NCBI GenBank assembly: GCA_038087875.1
Contig: CM075995.1
Location: 5,768,001-5,832,000, forward strand
Source of the DNA: Malacoraja senta
Lineage: Eukaryota
DNA: 64,000 bases
Direction of reading: 5' to 3'
Positions within the stretch are counted from its first letter, which is position 1; every line of letters starts with the position of its first letter. The position numbers were made by a program, and so were the translations under genes. Positions 37,385-50,987 of this stretch are shown here, piece by piece. The notes under the pieces were generated by a model. That model had not been told where the DNA came from and searched no databases. It saw only the letters and a program-made list of their open reading frames with translations.

Positions 37385-37994
37385 CAGTGACGAAAATCGC
37401 TATCAAAATATGGAGGGGACCGGGGGACAGGGGGGGACACAAGTGCTGCTTCTCTGCGCTGGCTGTGGGCCTGGGGGCACCGCGCCCGTCTGACTCCCGA
37501 CGTCTCTGACCACCCCCGGGCGTGGGGGGGGGGGGGGGCACGGGTGGGGACAGGGATGGTCCAGTGGCGGTTTGGCAGCGATTGCAGCGCTGGAGAGCCG
37601 GCCGTGATCGATCCTGGCTGCGGATGAGGCGCAGGTCTGTGTCCAGGGCTGCCGTTGTGACCCTATTTTCTGGGCACATCTCCCTCCTCCAATCACCGCA
37701 CTCTATCCTCAGTCCCACCCCCCTACTTCCGCCTCTGACCGACACCTCCCTCCTCCAATCATCGCACTGAATCATCATGTCCCGCCCCCTTTGCCTGCTG
37801 ACCGACGTCTCTCTTTTCGCCCTCGATCAGCAGTCCCACCCCCACTGTCTCACGGAAAGCGGAGATTTCACCAGGTTTTAAAATCCGGATTACAAAAAAT
37901 GGGGGGGGATCGTCCCCCACCTCTCACAACAAAGGGGGACGGGGGGGCAAGGGGGGACGTGTCCCCCCTGGCCCCCCCGGGATTTCCGCCACTG
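37385..37994. mobile_element. hAT MITE
   Basis: TIR cagtg(a/g)cg(a/g)aaatc. Exact 8-bp TSD ctcatttg at 37377-37384 and 37995-38002. Confidence 0.9.
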
Positions 37995-38123
37995 CTCATT
38001 TGGCCCATATTGCTCTAAATCATTTCTATCCATGTACCTGTTCAAATGTCTTTTAAATGTTATTGTACCTGCCTCAATTACTTCCTCTGGCATCTCAATC
38101 CATATATCCACCATCCTCTTGGG

Positions 38124-39978
38124 TCGGTGGGGGCGCTGCAAGCCGGCGCCCTGTCAGCAGCGTGTCCGTTTTTTTCTACTTTTTCAATTTTTTTAGTATG
38201 TTTTAAAGTATATTTTTAATGTTTCTTTGTGTGTTTTGTGTGGGGGGTGGTGTGGGGGGGGGTGAGGGGGAAACAGCTTCGGTCACCTCCTCCATGGAGA
38301 GGCGACATTTTCCAGGTCGCCTCCCCTGTGGCCTAACATCGAGGATCGGGCGGCCTTTCCCGGAGACGCGCCCGGGCTTCAGCGGCGGGCGCAGCGCGGA
38401 CTCTCGGCGTGGAGCGGGCGAGCCCTCGCTGGGGCTCGCCGGAGGAGAGCGTTCCGTTTCGCTGGCTTGCGGCAGCCTGAAGCCGCGGTCTACAGAGCTC
38501 CAGCTGGCGCAGCGTCCGCAGCCTGGGATCTCTCGTTGGTGACCCAGGAGAACCCCGATCAGATTCAGATTCAACTTTATTGTCATTGTGCAGTGTACAG
38601 TACAGAGACAACGAAATGCAGTTAGCATCTCCCTAGAAGAGCGACATAAATATGAGCAGTAAATAAATAAATCTAATCTAATAAATCCTGGTGGGAGGAG
38701 TGTCCGGGGGGGGGGGGGGGTGTGATTGGCAGTCACCGAGGTACAGTGTTGAGTAGTGTAACCGCCGCAGGGAAGAAGCTGTTCCTGGACCTGCTGGTCC
38801 GGCAACGGAGAGACCTGTAGCGCCTCCCGGATGGTAGGAGGGTAAACAGTCTGTGGTTGGGGTGAGAGCAGTCCTTGGCGATGCTGAGCGCCCTTCGCAG
38901 ACAACGCTTGCTTTGGACAGACTCAATGGTGGGGAGTGAGGAACCGGTGATGCGTTGGGCAATTTTCACCACCCTCTGCAGTGCTTTCCGGTCAGAGACA
39001 GAGCAGTTGCCATACCATACTGTGATGCAGTTGGTAAGGATGCTCTCGATGGTGCAGCGGTAGAAGTTCACCAGAATCCGAGGAGACAGATGGACCTTCT
39101 TTAGTCTCCTCAGGAAGAAGAGACGCTGGTGAGCCTTCTTGACCAGAGTTGAGGTATTGTTGGTCCAAGAGAGGTCATCGGAGATGTTGACCCCCAGGAA
39201 CCTGAAGCTGAAAACACGTTCCACCTCCCTCCCGTTAATGTGGATGGGGGTGTGCATGCCGCCCCTAGACTTCCTGAAGTCTACAATGAGCTCCTTGGTC
39301 TTCTTGGAGTTAAGGGCCAGGTTGTTGTCAGCGCACCATGCTGCTAGGAGCTGGACCTCCTCCCTATAGGCCGACTCATCGTTGTTGCTGATGAGGCCAA
39401 TCACCGTTGTATCATCTGCATACTTGATGATGGTGTTAGTACCATGTACAGGTGTGCAGTCGTAGGTGAAGAGGGAGTAGAGGAGGGGGCTCAGCACACA
39501 GCCCTGTGGAACGCCGGTGCCGGCCCGCGGCCTCCTTCTACCGCGGGCCTGGCGTGGACTTGCCATCACCCCTGGAGGGGAGTTTCGACCGCCGGCCCTG
39601 CGGTCTGCGGTGCTTCTGGCTGCGGCGCGGCGGGAACTTTAAATCTTCGACCGCCGGCCTTCGGCCTACACCAACCTAAAGCCGTGGTCTCCGGTGGGGT
39701 AGAGCCGACTCTGGACTTACCTGGACTTTTACCTGTCTGCACATCTGGACGCCCGTAGTGACGGCTGCGGAGGGTTGAGGTCCCGACCACGAGGGAAAAT
39801 GGAGGACTGGCCAAATTGTGTGCCTTCCACCACAGTGATGAATGCTGTGGTGGATGTTTGTGTTAAAATTTTATTGTGTATTGTGTGTTCTTTATCATTG
39901 TACTGCTGCTGGCAAATTTATTTCACTTGCAATTTATGTGCAATGTGACGAATAAAGCCGTATTGTATTGTATTGTAT
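38124..39978 (+). mobile_element. GC-rich non-autonomous retroposon with aataaa-(gtatt)n tail, interrupted by a Rex LINE
   Basis: GC-rich body on both sides of the Rex insertion, a microsatellite tail, and interruption of an old CR1 fragment. Confidence 0.55.
38558..39520 (-). mobile_element. 5'-truncated Rex/Babar LINE with open RT C-terminal frame
   Basis: ORF 38733-39569: GVPQGCVLSPLLYSLFTYDC..IIKYADDTTVIGLI..SFFPAAVTLLN. aataaagttgaatctgaatctga tail. Confidence 0.9.
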
Positions 39979-41963
39979 TTGTAAAAAGGTTTGATTAAAT
40001 CTCTCTCTCTCCCCCCCCCCCCCTCCCAACTTGAAGGTCAATGTGGAGAGAGAAACAGAGACAATAGACAATAGGCCATTCGGCCCTTTGAGCCAGCACT
40101 ATTCAATGTGATCATGGTTGATCACCCACAATCAGTACCCCGTTCCTGCCTTCTCCCCATATCCGCTATCTTTAAGAGCTCTACCAAGAGTAAATGCTTC
40201 AGGTGGACAAACTTTCATCCAAACCAAAAAAAGAGAAAAACAAAACATTTTAATTTGAGGAAGGGTGTGATTGATGTATGAAGGGAAGAAATGGGATGTC
40301 TGCGATACAGTGGAGACCAAAGTAATTCAGATTATGTAAATGCTGATGGAACAATCTGCAAGGTTAGCAAATGTTGGTTAATCAACAGATCAGTTTACAC
40401 CTCCTCCAGACAGACTGTGATGAAAGAAGGTTGGAAAGAATGTGAGATGCAAAGCACAGCAGTTGCTGGAAATACACAGTGCAGGCACATTTTCAAATTG
40501 AATTAAGGTGATGATGACCCTGCATACAGCATAAATATTAAATTCAACATTGCTGTTTGTTGTGGTTCTCATTTAACTACTTGCTGTACTTATCAGTAAC
40601 TGTCCGTCATGGAAAGCCAAGCATCAGCAAGTGAGGTGAATTCATGACATCTTTTAACACTGAATACATTAGTTTTAAACATTATAGTAATCCGAAATGC
40701 ATGCGATAGAATTACAAACTGTTGGAAATGTCACCTATTCCTTTTCTCCAGAGATGCTGCCGAATCTGCTGAGTTACTCCATCATTTTGTGTCTATCTTT
40801 GGTGTAAACCAGCATCTGCAGTTCCTTCCTACACATTTTGTCTGCTTCATATGAAATCTCCTCAAAGTATGCCTACTTTGAAGAAGTTCTCTCTCCGACG
40901 ACAGTTCATACCTTTCATTCATGTGTTCTTTGTACCTCTTCATATCTTTACTTTCCATCTCCCCTGACTCACAGTCTAAAGAAGGGTCTTGACGCGAAAC
41001 TTCATCTATTCCTTTTCTCCAGAGATGCTGCCTGATCCGCTGAGTTATTCCAGCATTTTGTGTCTATCTTCGTCATAAAATTTTTACACTTAGCTTCTGA
41101 ATACCTTTGAATCAGCATGCCGTTGCATGCTCTAACCAGTAGGTGAGAGTCAAAAGCAGGCTGCTTTTTACCTTCTGCAAAAATTATGTGTTTTTTAATC
41201 TTTTAAAATATTACAGATTGTTATTTTGTTTGCAATTTGACTCTGCCACTGCTGATATCACATTATGTCTGAAGGAGCAGGCCTTCCAGTTGAGATTCAT
41301 ATCTACCTGAATCTAATAACTTTGCAATCAACTCCAATTCCACAGTTCTTAGGAGTATAACCTTGTTTTTCTTATGCCCAATCCTTAATTAGTAGTATGC
41401 TGTGCATCAATATTGCTCCTTGTGTTGTCACCTATGTGGAGATTAAGCAATTTGTATTTGTATCAGGCCTTTCCAGTGTTAAATACAAAATGATGGGCCT
41501 GAATATGCTGCCAAGAATAACAGTTAGAGACAAACACTCCACCAATATGGCATGCAAATTTAAGGCAGGAATTACAGACTAAGTGGCTGATTTCCTTTGC
41601 CATTAGCCTCACAAAATTGGTTCCTGACTGTGCAGAATAAATACAAATAAAATATCCCGAGTTTGATTCTAAGTGGAAGATTGTTTTTTTAGACTGGGGG
41701 TCTGTGATGAGTGGTGAGCCTCAGAGATTGGTGCTGGGCTCATTACTGTTTGTGGTTTATGTCAACGATTTTGTTGAGAATGTACAAGGCATGATTAATA
41801 AGTTTGCAGATGACACTAAAGTGAGTGGTATCGTAGGTAGTGAAGATGGTTATCAAATATTACAGCAGGATCTTGATCTGCTCGGTAAATGGGCTGAGGA
41901 CTGGTTGGTAAGAGTTTAATGCAGATAAGTGTTGTATTTTGGGAAGTCAAACTAGGGCAGGAC

Positions 41964-42435
41964 TAGGGTTGCCAACTGTCCCGTGTTTTGGGCTAAATTG
42001 GTTTGTCCTGTACAGGACCATCCTTGTCCCGTATTTGACTGCTACTACTCGGGTCGAGGGGACTGTCGGGTCGGAACGCCGCGTCCGGCCCCGCTTCACC
42101 AGACCATGGAATGCAGCGGCAGCGCCTCGCCCGTGGCCCCGTCGGTCGGCAACCCAGCCAACTGTCCGACCTTCGCTTACTGTCGACACCGCCTCCTTCT
42201 CATGGCTGATCATCAGTTCATGAGTTGGATGGGGTGCCGGACTTTGCGAGTGACGTCGCGCGGGCCAAAACTCCTCAGCTGGCCCGCCGGCTGGGCTTTG
42301 TGTGCATTCCAGCACCCGGGCCAACTCATCATTCACCCAGCCTCGGCCGAGTCGGTCAACGAATTGCCCACGGGTATTTGTCCCGTATTTTGACCTTTTG
42401 TCCCTTATTTGGGAGTGAGAAAGTTGGCAACCCTA
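41964..42435. mobile_element. hAT MITE (TAGGG termini) inserted in a CR1 RT fragment (~41665-42500)
   Basis: TIR tagggttgccaact / agttggcaacccta. Exact TSD ggcaggac at 41956-41963 and 42436-42443. Confidence 0.92.
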
Positions 42436-43647
42436 GGCAGGACTCACACAGTGAATGGCAGGACTCTGAGGAGTATGTAGAGCAGAGGGAACTAGGAGTG
42501 CAATACATACAGTAGTTCCCTGACTTCCAGGAGACCGCGCACAGCCGATGCTCCTAGGAGATCGCGGACCTTGCTCAGCCGAACGGTAGACCTGGCGGAA
42601 CGCGGCTTCAGGGAGAGCCGAATTCCCGCGGCTGAACAGAAGTAGTTCAATGGGTTAGAGTGCTCTCCATTTGCCTGAATACGTGCAGCTCCAATTACGC
42701 TCAGAAAACTTGACTCCATAAAGACCAAAATTGTCTGCTTGGTCAGCATCTAAAAACAATTACATTCCATTAAAAAAAAAACTCAGATAGTCGTGCAGTG
42801 TACACTATCTTTAAGAAGACAAAGATTCCACAAAAGCAAATCCAAGACCCTCACTTTTTACCACCTAGTATGTCAGCACCATCAGGCACTGAAGAAAACC
42901 ATCTCCAGGCTTCTCGCCAAGTCACATACTATACTGATTTAGAAATACACAGCTACACTTTCATCATCACTGGGACAATTTTGTCCTTAAAACTATTTGC
43001 TTCTTAATTTTCTTTTTGATGGAAGGCAATCTTAGCAGAGAGGGGTGCCTCCAGCATCCACATCTACACTTTCTGGTAGTGTAGATGGAAAAAAACTCAC
43101 GTGGAGCTCGGGTTTTACTTTAGCTTCTTCCCTGCAGCCATCAGGCTATTAAACACGACAACAAATAAGCTCTGAACTGCAACAGACTATTATTATTATT
43201 GAAGTATATTTGTTTATTTATTGAGGATGTGTGCATGTGTATATATACACACTGAACTTTTTTTCTCCCGTTATGTACTATGTTTACATATTCTGTTGTG
43301 CTGCAGCAAGTAAGAATTTCATTGTCCTATCTGGGACATATGACAATAAAAACACTCTTGACTCTTGACTAGAACAAACTCTCTTTATTACAAATTGGCC
43401 AATTTGAAAGTCTTGTCCGAGGACCGGTGGTCTTGTATCTTAGCACAGATATCCGCAGGTAATAAGCTTTTTATACTACATTCAACATTCCCAGACCCCT
43501 GGAGTTTGAGGACTGGTTGCAAGACAGTATCCAGGCATTGGTGCACGTAAGGAGACTGTTATAATCCAGTTTCAACAAGGTTTCAGTGAGGACCCTCACC
43601 CAGGCTTGAACTTCATCTCACGTCTTGGGTTTATCTGTCTTAGCCTA

Positions 43648-44110
43648 CTCCGCTCAGTCTGCCTGGACCTACCAGATCTCCCGGTTGCCAAACACTTTAA
43701 TTCCCCTTCACATTCCCACACTGTCCTAGGCCACCTCCATTGTCAGAGTGAGGCTAATTTCAAATTGGAGGAATAGCATCTCATATTTGGCTTGGGCAGC
43801 TTACAACCCAGTGATATGAATATTAATGTCTTTAACTTCAAGTTACCCCTGCACTCCCTCTCTCCCCCACCCAAGTTGCACCAGGTTCCTGTTCTCACCT
43901 AACAAACTGCTAACAATTGCCTGTTTCCTTAATCATAGTTACATTTTTACATATCTTCCATTCATTTGTTCTATATCTCTCTACATGACGGTTTATATCT
44001 CTCGTTTCCCTTTATAGTCTGAAGAAGGGTCTCACCCGAAACGTCTCCCATTCTTTCTCTCCAGAGATGCTGCCTGCCCCGCTGAGTTACTCCAGTATTT
44101 TGTGTCTGTC
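43648..44110 (+). mobile_element. Penelope-like element 3' fragment
   Basis: Decayed GIY-YIG tail (PDLPVAKHFNSPSHSH..) followed by the pseudo-LTR. Confidence 0.8.
44019..44045 (+). ncRNA. Minimal type I hammerhead ribozyme motif
   Basis: CUGAAGA A GGGU CUC ACCC GAAA CG UC. Confidence 0.6.
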
Positions 44111-44721
44111 CACTTTAACCCGTTGTCTGCCTTGACCCATGATGTCCATTTACAGGATTGAGTCAAAGTGTGCCCAGCCAGCATATCTCCCATTAGTAGC
44201 CTTTGCCTTGCCACCTACCGACAGTCATTCTAGATTTCCCCCACACCAAACGCACCTTCCTAACGCACTCCAACTCAGACAACTTGAAAATTGTCTCACA
44301 AAGACAGCCAGCATCATCGAGGACCCAGGTCAATAGACAATAGACAATCCGTCTATTGGATCCGATCAGGTGGATCCGTCTTCACTCAGGAAGACACAAA
44401 CAATCTCCCTGATGTACTCGTGGCCAGGGTGACGGAGGAACTGAAGGAAATTCACATTAGGCAGGAAATGGTGTTGGGTAGACTGATGGGACTGAAGGCT
44501 GAAAAATCCCCAGGGCCTGATGGTCTGCATCCCATGGTACTTAAGGAAGTGGCTCTAGAAATCGTGGATGCATTGGTGATCATTTTCCAATGTTCTATAG
44601 ATTCAGGATCAGTTTGTGTGGATTGGAGGGTAGCTAATGTTATCCCACATTTTAAGAAAGGCAGGAGAGAGAAAACAGGGAATTATAGACCAGTTAGCCT
44701 GACATCGGTGGTGGGGAAGAT

Positions 44722-47700
44722 ACATACATAGATACATAGAAAATAGGTGCAGGTGTAGGCCATTCGGCCCTTCGAGCCTGCACCGCCATTCAATATGATC
44801 ATGGCTGATCATCCAACTCAGTATCCCGTACATGCCTTCTCTCCATACCCCCTGATCCCTTTAGCCACAAGGGCCACATCTAACTCCCTCTTAAATATAG
44901 CCAATGAACTGGCCTCAACTACCCTCTGTGGCAGAGAGTTCCAGAGATTCACCACTCTCTGTGTGAAAAGGTTTTTCCTCATCTCGGTCTTAAAGGACTT
45001 CCCCCTTATCCTTAAGCTGTGACCCCTTGTCCTGGACTTCCCCAACATCGGGAACAATCTTCCTGCATCTAGCCTGTCCAACCCCATAAGAATTTTGTAC
45101 GTTTCTATAAGATCCCCTCTCAATCTCCTAAATTCTAGCGAGTATAAGCCAAATCTATCCAGTCTTTTTTCATATGAAAGTCCTGACATCCCAGGAATCA
45201 GTCTGGTGAACCTTCTCTGCACTCCCTCTATGGCTATAATGTCCTTCCTCAGATTTGGAGACCAAAACTGTACGCAATACTCCAGGTGTGGTCTCACCAA
45301 GACCCTGTACAACTGCAGTAGAACCTCCCTGCTCCTATACTCAAATCCTCTTGCTATGAAAGCCAACATACCATTCGCTTTCTTCACTGCCTCCTGCACC
45401 TGCATGCCTACTTTCAATGACTGGTATACCATGACACCCAGGTCTCGCTGCATCTACCCATTTCCTAATCGGCCACCATTTAGATAATAGTCTGCCTTCC
45501 CGTTTTGCCACCAAAGTGGATAACCTCACATTTATCCACATTATACTGCATCTGCCAAACATTTGCCCACTCACCCAGCCTATCCAAGTCACCTTGCAGT
45601 CTCCTAGCATCCTCCTCACAGCTAACACTGCCCCCCAGCTTAGTGTCATCCGCAAACTTGGAGATGTTGCTTTCAATTCCCTCATCCAGTTCATTAATAT
45701 AAATTGTAAATAGCTGGGGTCCCAGCACTGAGCCTTGCGGTACCCCACTAATCACTGCCTGCCATTGTGAAAAGGACCCGTTTACTCCTACTCTTTGCTT
45801 CCTGTTTGCCAGCCAGTTCTCTATCCACATCAATACTGAACCCCCAATACCGTGTGATTTAAGTTTGCATACTAATCTCTTATGTGGTACCTTTTCGAAA
45901 GTCCAGATACAACACATCCACTGGTTCTCCCTATCCACTCTACTAGTTACATCCTCGAAAAATTCTATAAGATTCGTCAGACACGATTTACCTTTCGTAA
46001 ATCCATGCTGACTTTGTCCAATGATTTCACCACTTTCCAAATGTGCTGCTATCCCATCTTTAATACTGACTCTAGCAGTTTCCCCACTACCGATGTTAGA
46101 CTAACTGGTCTGTAATTCCCCGTTTTCTCTCTCCCTCCCTTCTTAAAAAGTGGGTTACGTTTGCTACCCTCCAATCCTCCAGAATCTAAAGAGTTTTGAA
46201 AAATTATCACTAATGCATCCACTATTTCTGGAGCTACTTCCTTAAGTACTCTGGGGATGCAGCTATCTGGCCCCTGGTGATTTATCGGCCTTTAATCCAT
46301 TCAATTTACCCAACACCACTTCCCGACTAACCTGGATTTCCCTCAGTTCCTCCATCTCCTTTGACCCGCGGCCCCCTGCTATTTCCGGCAGATTATTTAT
46401 GTCTACTTAGTGAAGACGGAACCCAAAGTAGTTATTCAATTGGTCCGCCATATCCTTGTTCCCCATGATCAATTCACCTGTTTCTTACTGCAAGGGACCT
46501 ACATTTGTTTTAACTAATCTCTTTCTCTTCACATACCTATAAAACTTTTGCAGTCAGTTTTTATGTTCCCTGCCAGTTTTCTTTCATAATCTATTTTCCC
46601 TTTCCTAATTAAGCCCTTAGTCCTCCTCTGCTGGTCTCTGAATTTCTCCCAGTCCTCTGGTATGCTGCTTTTTCTGGCTAATTTGTACGCATCATCTTTT
46701 GCTTTGATACTATCTCTGATTTCCCTTGTTATCCACGGATGCACTGCCTTCCCTGATTTATTCTTTTCCCCAAACTGGGATGAACAATTTTTGTAGTTCA
46801 TCCATCAGTCTTTAAAATGCCTTCCATTGCATATCCACCGTCAACCCTTTTAGAACTAATTGCCAGTCAATCTTGGCCAATTCACGTCTCATACCCTCAA
46901 AGTTACCTTTCTTTAAGTTCAGAACCGTTGTTTCTGAATTAACAATGTCACTCTCCATCCTAATGAAGAACTCAACCATATTATGGTCACTCTTGCCCAA
47001 GGGGGCACGCACAGCAAGACTGCTAACTAACCCTTCCTCATTACTCAATACCCAGTCTAGAATAGCTTGCTCTCTCGTTGGTTCCTCTACATGTTGGTTT
47101 AGATAACTATCCCGCATACATTCCAAGAATTCCTCTTCCTCAGCACCCCTGCCAATTTGATTCACCCAATCTATATGTAGATTGAAGTCACCCATTATAA
47201 CTGTTTGCCTTTGTTGCACGCATTTCTAATTTCCTGTTTGATGCCATCCCCAACTTCACTACTACTGCTAGGTGGCCTGTACACAACACCCACCAGCGTT
47301 TCTGCCCCTTAGTGTTTCGCAGCTCTACCCATACCGATTCCACATCCTCCAAGCTAATGTCCTTCCTTTCCACTGCGTTAATCTCCTCTCTAACCAGCAA
47401 TGCTACCCCACCTCCTTTTCCTTTCTCTCTATCCCTCCTGAATATTGAATATCCCTGGATGTTCAGCTCCCAGCCTTGGTCACCCTGGAGCCATGTCTCC
47501 GTGATCCCAACTATATCATAATCATTAATTGCTATCTGCACGTACAACTCATCCACCTTATTACGAATGCTCCTTGCATTGAGACACAAAGCCTTCAGGC
47601 TTGTTTTTACAACGCTCTTACCCCTTATACAATTATGTTGAAAAGTGGCCCTTTTTGATTTTTGCCTGGATTTGTCTGCCTGCCACTTTTACTTTTCACC

Positions 47701-48344
47701 TTACTACCTATTGCTTCCGCCCGCATTTTACACCCCCTATTTCTCTGCTCACCCATTTAAGAACCCCACCACCTCTTATTCTCTGTTTATTATTGTTTTC
47801 TCTTTCCCCCCTACATGTTGGGTCTGAGTGCTTTCCTTCTCTGCCTCCTGCCTCACACACTGTCTAATAGCATTCTCTATTTGAGTCGCTCCCCCCAACC
47901 ATTCTAGTTTAAAGTCTCCCCAGTAGCCTTTGCAGATCTCCCCGCCAGGATATCGGTCCCCCTCAGGTTCAAGTGCAACCCATCCTTTTTGTACAGGTCG
48001 CACCTTCCACAAAAGAGGTCCCAATGATCCAGAAATTTGAATCCCTGCCTTCTGCACCAGTCTTCAGCCACGCATTTATCCTCACCTCGCTCCATTCCTA
48101 CTCTCACTGTCGCGTGGCACAGGCAGTAATCCCGAGATTGTTACCTTTGCTGTCCTTCTCTTTAACTCCCCTCCTAACTCCCTAAATTCTCCTTTCAGGA
48201 CCTCTTCTCTTTTTTTACTATGTCATTGGTACCTATATGTACCACGACCTCGGGCTCCTCTCCTGCCCTTTCAGGATATCTTGGACACGTTGAGACACAT
48301 CACAGACCCTGGCACCAGGGAGGCAAACTAGCATCCGGGTCTCC
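44722..48344 (-). mobile_element. Long CR1 LINE: ORF1 esterase-like region plus ORF2 APE-RT, with frameshifts
   Basis: ORF1 piece WCRRQGFKFLDHWDLF..YKKDGLHLN (SGNH-like DxxH). APE CLNARSIRNK..ITETWL..GDFN..SDH. RT FADD. TSD aagat at 44717-44721 and 48345-48349. Confidence 0.92.
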
Positions 48345-48941
48345 AAGATGCTGGTGTCAATTTATAAAAGATGAAATAGCAGCACATTTGGATAGCAGTA
48401 GCAGAATCGGTCTGAGTCAGCATAGATTTACGAAGGGGAAATCATGCTTGACTAATCTTCTGGCATTTTTTGAGGATGTAACTGGGAAAATGGACAAGGG
48501 AGAGCCAGTGGATGTAGTGTACCTGGACTTTCAGAAAGCATTTGATAAGGTCCCACATAGGAGATTAGTGGGCAAAATTAGAGCACATGGTATTGAGGGT
48601 AGGATAGAAAATTGGTTGGCAGACAGGAAAGAAGAGTAGGGATTAACGGGTCCCTTTCAGAATGGCAGGCAGTGACTAGTGGGGTACCGCAAGGCTCGGT
48701 GCTGGGACCGCAGCTATTTACAATATACATTAATGATTTAGATGATGGGATTAAAAGTAATATTAGCAAATTTGCAGATGACACAAAGCTGGGTGGCAGT
48801 GTGAACTGTGAGGAGGATACTGTGAGGATGCAGGGTGACTTGGACAGGTTGGGTGAGTGTGCAGATGCAGTTTAATGTGGATAAATGTGAGGTTATCCAC
48901 TTTCGTGGCAAAAACAGGAAGCAGATTATTATCTGAATGGT

Positions 48942-49658
48942 GTTCAAGAAGGAACTGCAGATGCTGGAAAATCGAAGGTAGACAAAAGTGCTGGAGAACT
49001 CAGCGGTGTGGCAGCATCTATGGAGGGAAGGAAATAGGCAACCTTTCGGGCCGAAACCCTTCTTCAGACTGATGCAAGGTGGGGGGGTGGGGAGGTGGGA
49101 AGAAGAAAGGGAGAGCCAGAGCGCTGAGGGAGAGCTGAGAAGGGGAGGAGACAGCAAGGGCTTCCGGAAATTGGAGAAGTCAATGTTCTAGCCGCTAGGG
49201 TGCAGACTGCCAAGCAGAATACGAGGTGCTGCTCCTCCAATTTCTGGTGGTGCTCACTCTGGCCATGGAGGAGGACCAGGACAGAAAGGTCGGATTCGGA
49301 ATGGGAGGGGGAGTTGAAGTGCTGAGCCACAGGGAGATCAGGTTGGTTAATGCAGACCGAGCGGAGGTGTTCGGCGAAACGATCGCCAAGCCTACGCTTG
49401 GTCTGACCGATGTAGATCAGCTGACATCTGGAGCAGCGGATGCAATAGATGAGGTTGGAGGAGGTGCAGGTGAACCTCTGTCGCACCTGGAACGACTGCT
49501 TGGGTCCTTGAATGGAGTCGAGGGGGGAGGTAAAGCGACAAGTGTAGCATCTCATGCGGTTGCAAGGGAAAGTGCCCGGGGAGGGGTGGTGCGGTTGGGA
49601 ATGGAAGAATTGACCAGGGAGGTACGAAGGGAGCGGTCTTTGTGGAAAGCAGACAGGG
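48942..49658 (-). mobile_element. 5'-truncated Penelope-like (Neptune-type) element: GIY-YIG endonuclease plus 3' pseudo-LTR
   Basis: ORF 49064-49711: PGTFPCNRMRCYTC..NLIYCIRCSRCQLIYIGQTKRRLGDRFAEH. Cys-rich linker and CxxC inside the GIY-YIG motif. Confidence 0.9.
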
Positions 49659-50987
49659 GCATCATGTTGGGAAATGGGGAAGTACGACAAGATCTGGAGG
49701 TTCTTGTTCATCAGTCACTAAGTAAGCATGCAGGTACAGCAGGCAGTGAGGAAAGTGAATGGTATGTTGGCCTTCATAACAAGAGGAGTTGAGTATAGGA
49801 GCAAAGAGGTCCTTCTGCAGGTGTACAGGGCACTAGTGAGACCACACCTGAAGTATTGTGTGCAAATTTGAGGAAGGACATTCTTGCCATTGAGGGAGTG
49901 CAGCGTAGGTTCACGAGGTTAATTCCCGGGATGGAGGGACTGTCATATGTTGATAGAATGGAGCAGCTGGGCTTGTATACTCCAGAATTTAGAAGGATAA
50001 GATTATTAAGGGTTGGGACACGCTTGACGCAGGAAACATGTTCCCGATGTTGGGGTAGTCCAGAACCAGGGGCCACAGTTTAAGAAGTAGGGGTAGGCCA
50101 TTTAGAACGGAGATGAGGAAAAACGTTTTCACACAGAGGGTTCTGAATCTGAGGAATTCTCTACCTCAGAAGGCAGTGGAGGCCAATTCTCTGTATGCTT
50201 TCAAGAGAGAGTTGGATAGAGCTCTTAAAGATAGGGGATATGTGGAAAATGCAGGAACGGTGTATTGAGTGTGGATGATCAGCCATAATCACAGTGAATG
50301 GCGGTGCTGGTTCAAAGGGCTGAATGACCTACTCCTGCACCTATTGCCTATTGCCGATTGTCTACTATAACTGAGTAAGGGATTAACTTTGTATTAGTGG
50401 AAACAATGCACTGCAAATGCTGGTTATTACACAAAAGGACACAAAGTGCTGAAATAACAGCCTATCGGGCATCATCTCTGGAGAACATGGCTAGGTGACT
50501 TATCGTGTCAAGACCCTTCTTCAGACTCGCGGTCTGGAACTGGGCCTGGATTCCTGGTGAGGTAGCCGCCGTGAGATGCGCAGATCAGTGGAGTCATTCG
50601 TCGTGGCTTGTGGACGGCCAAAGTGCAGGTAAAGTTGGCAGTGGCAGGCGTGACCTGGAAGTAGCCAAGGAGGCGGCACAGACCGGCATCAGCAGGCAGG
50701 CCTGAGAGGTGGTGCGGGCCAGATCTGGCATTGGGAGACTGGCAGTGAAGCAGCCGGGCATGGCGTCAGCAGCCCAGCCTGAAAGCGGCCGGGAAGGCAG
50801 GGGGCGAGGCTCTCGCTTAACTTTTTTCCCCTGTTGCCAGCCGGGCAACCTTGACAGCTTTTTAGGTTGCCAAATGACTGTTTAGGTGGTCATTGAAGAC
50901 GGTTTGCATGACGCGTGCGATAATGTGCTCGGACGAAGTGCGTAGTTACCAGTCGGAATTATGCTCAATGAAGCATTCACATATTAT

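Larger units (their letters stand above)
44361..50365 (+). mobile_element. Outer CR1 LINE, split by two nested insertions
   Basis: ORF2 reads ..SLTSVVGK up to 44720 and resumes at 48345 (..IKDEIAAHLD). It continues to the 3' UTR at ~50365. Confidence 0.85.
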
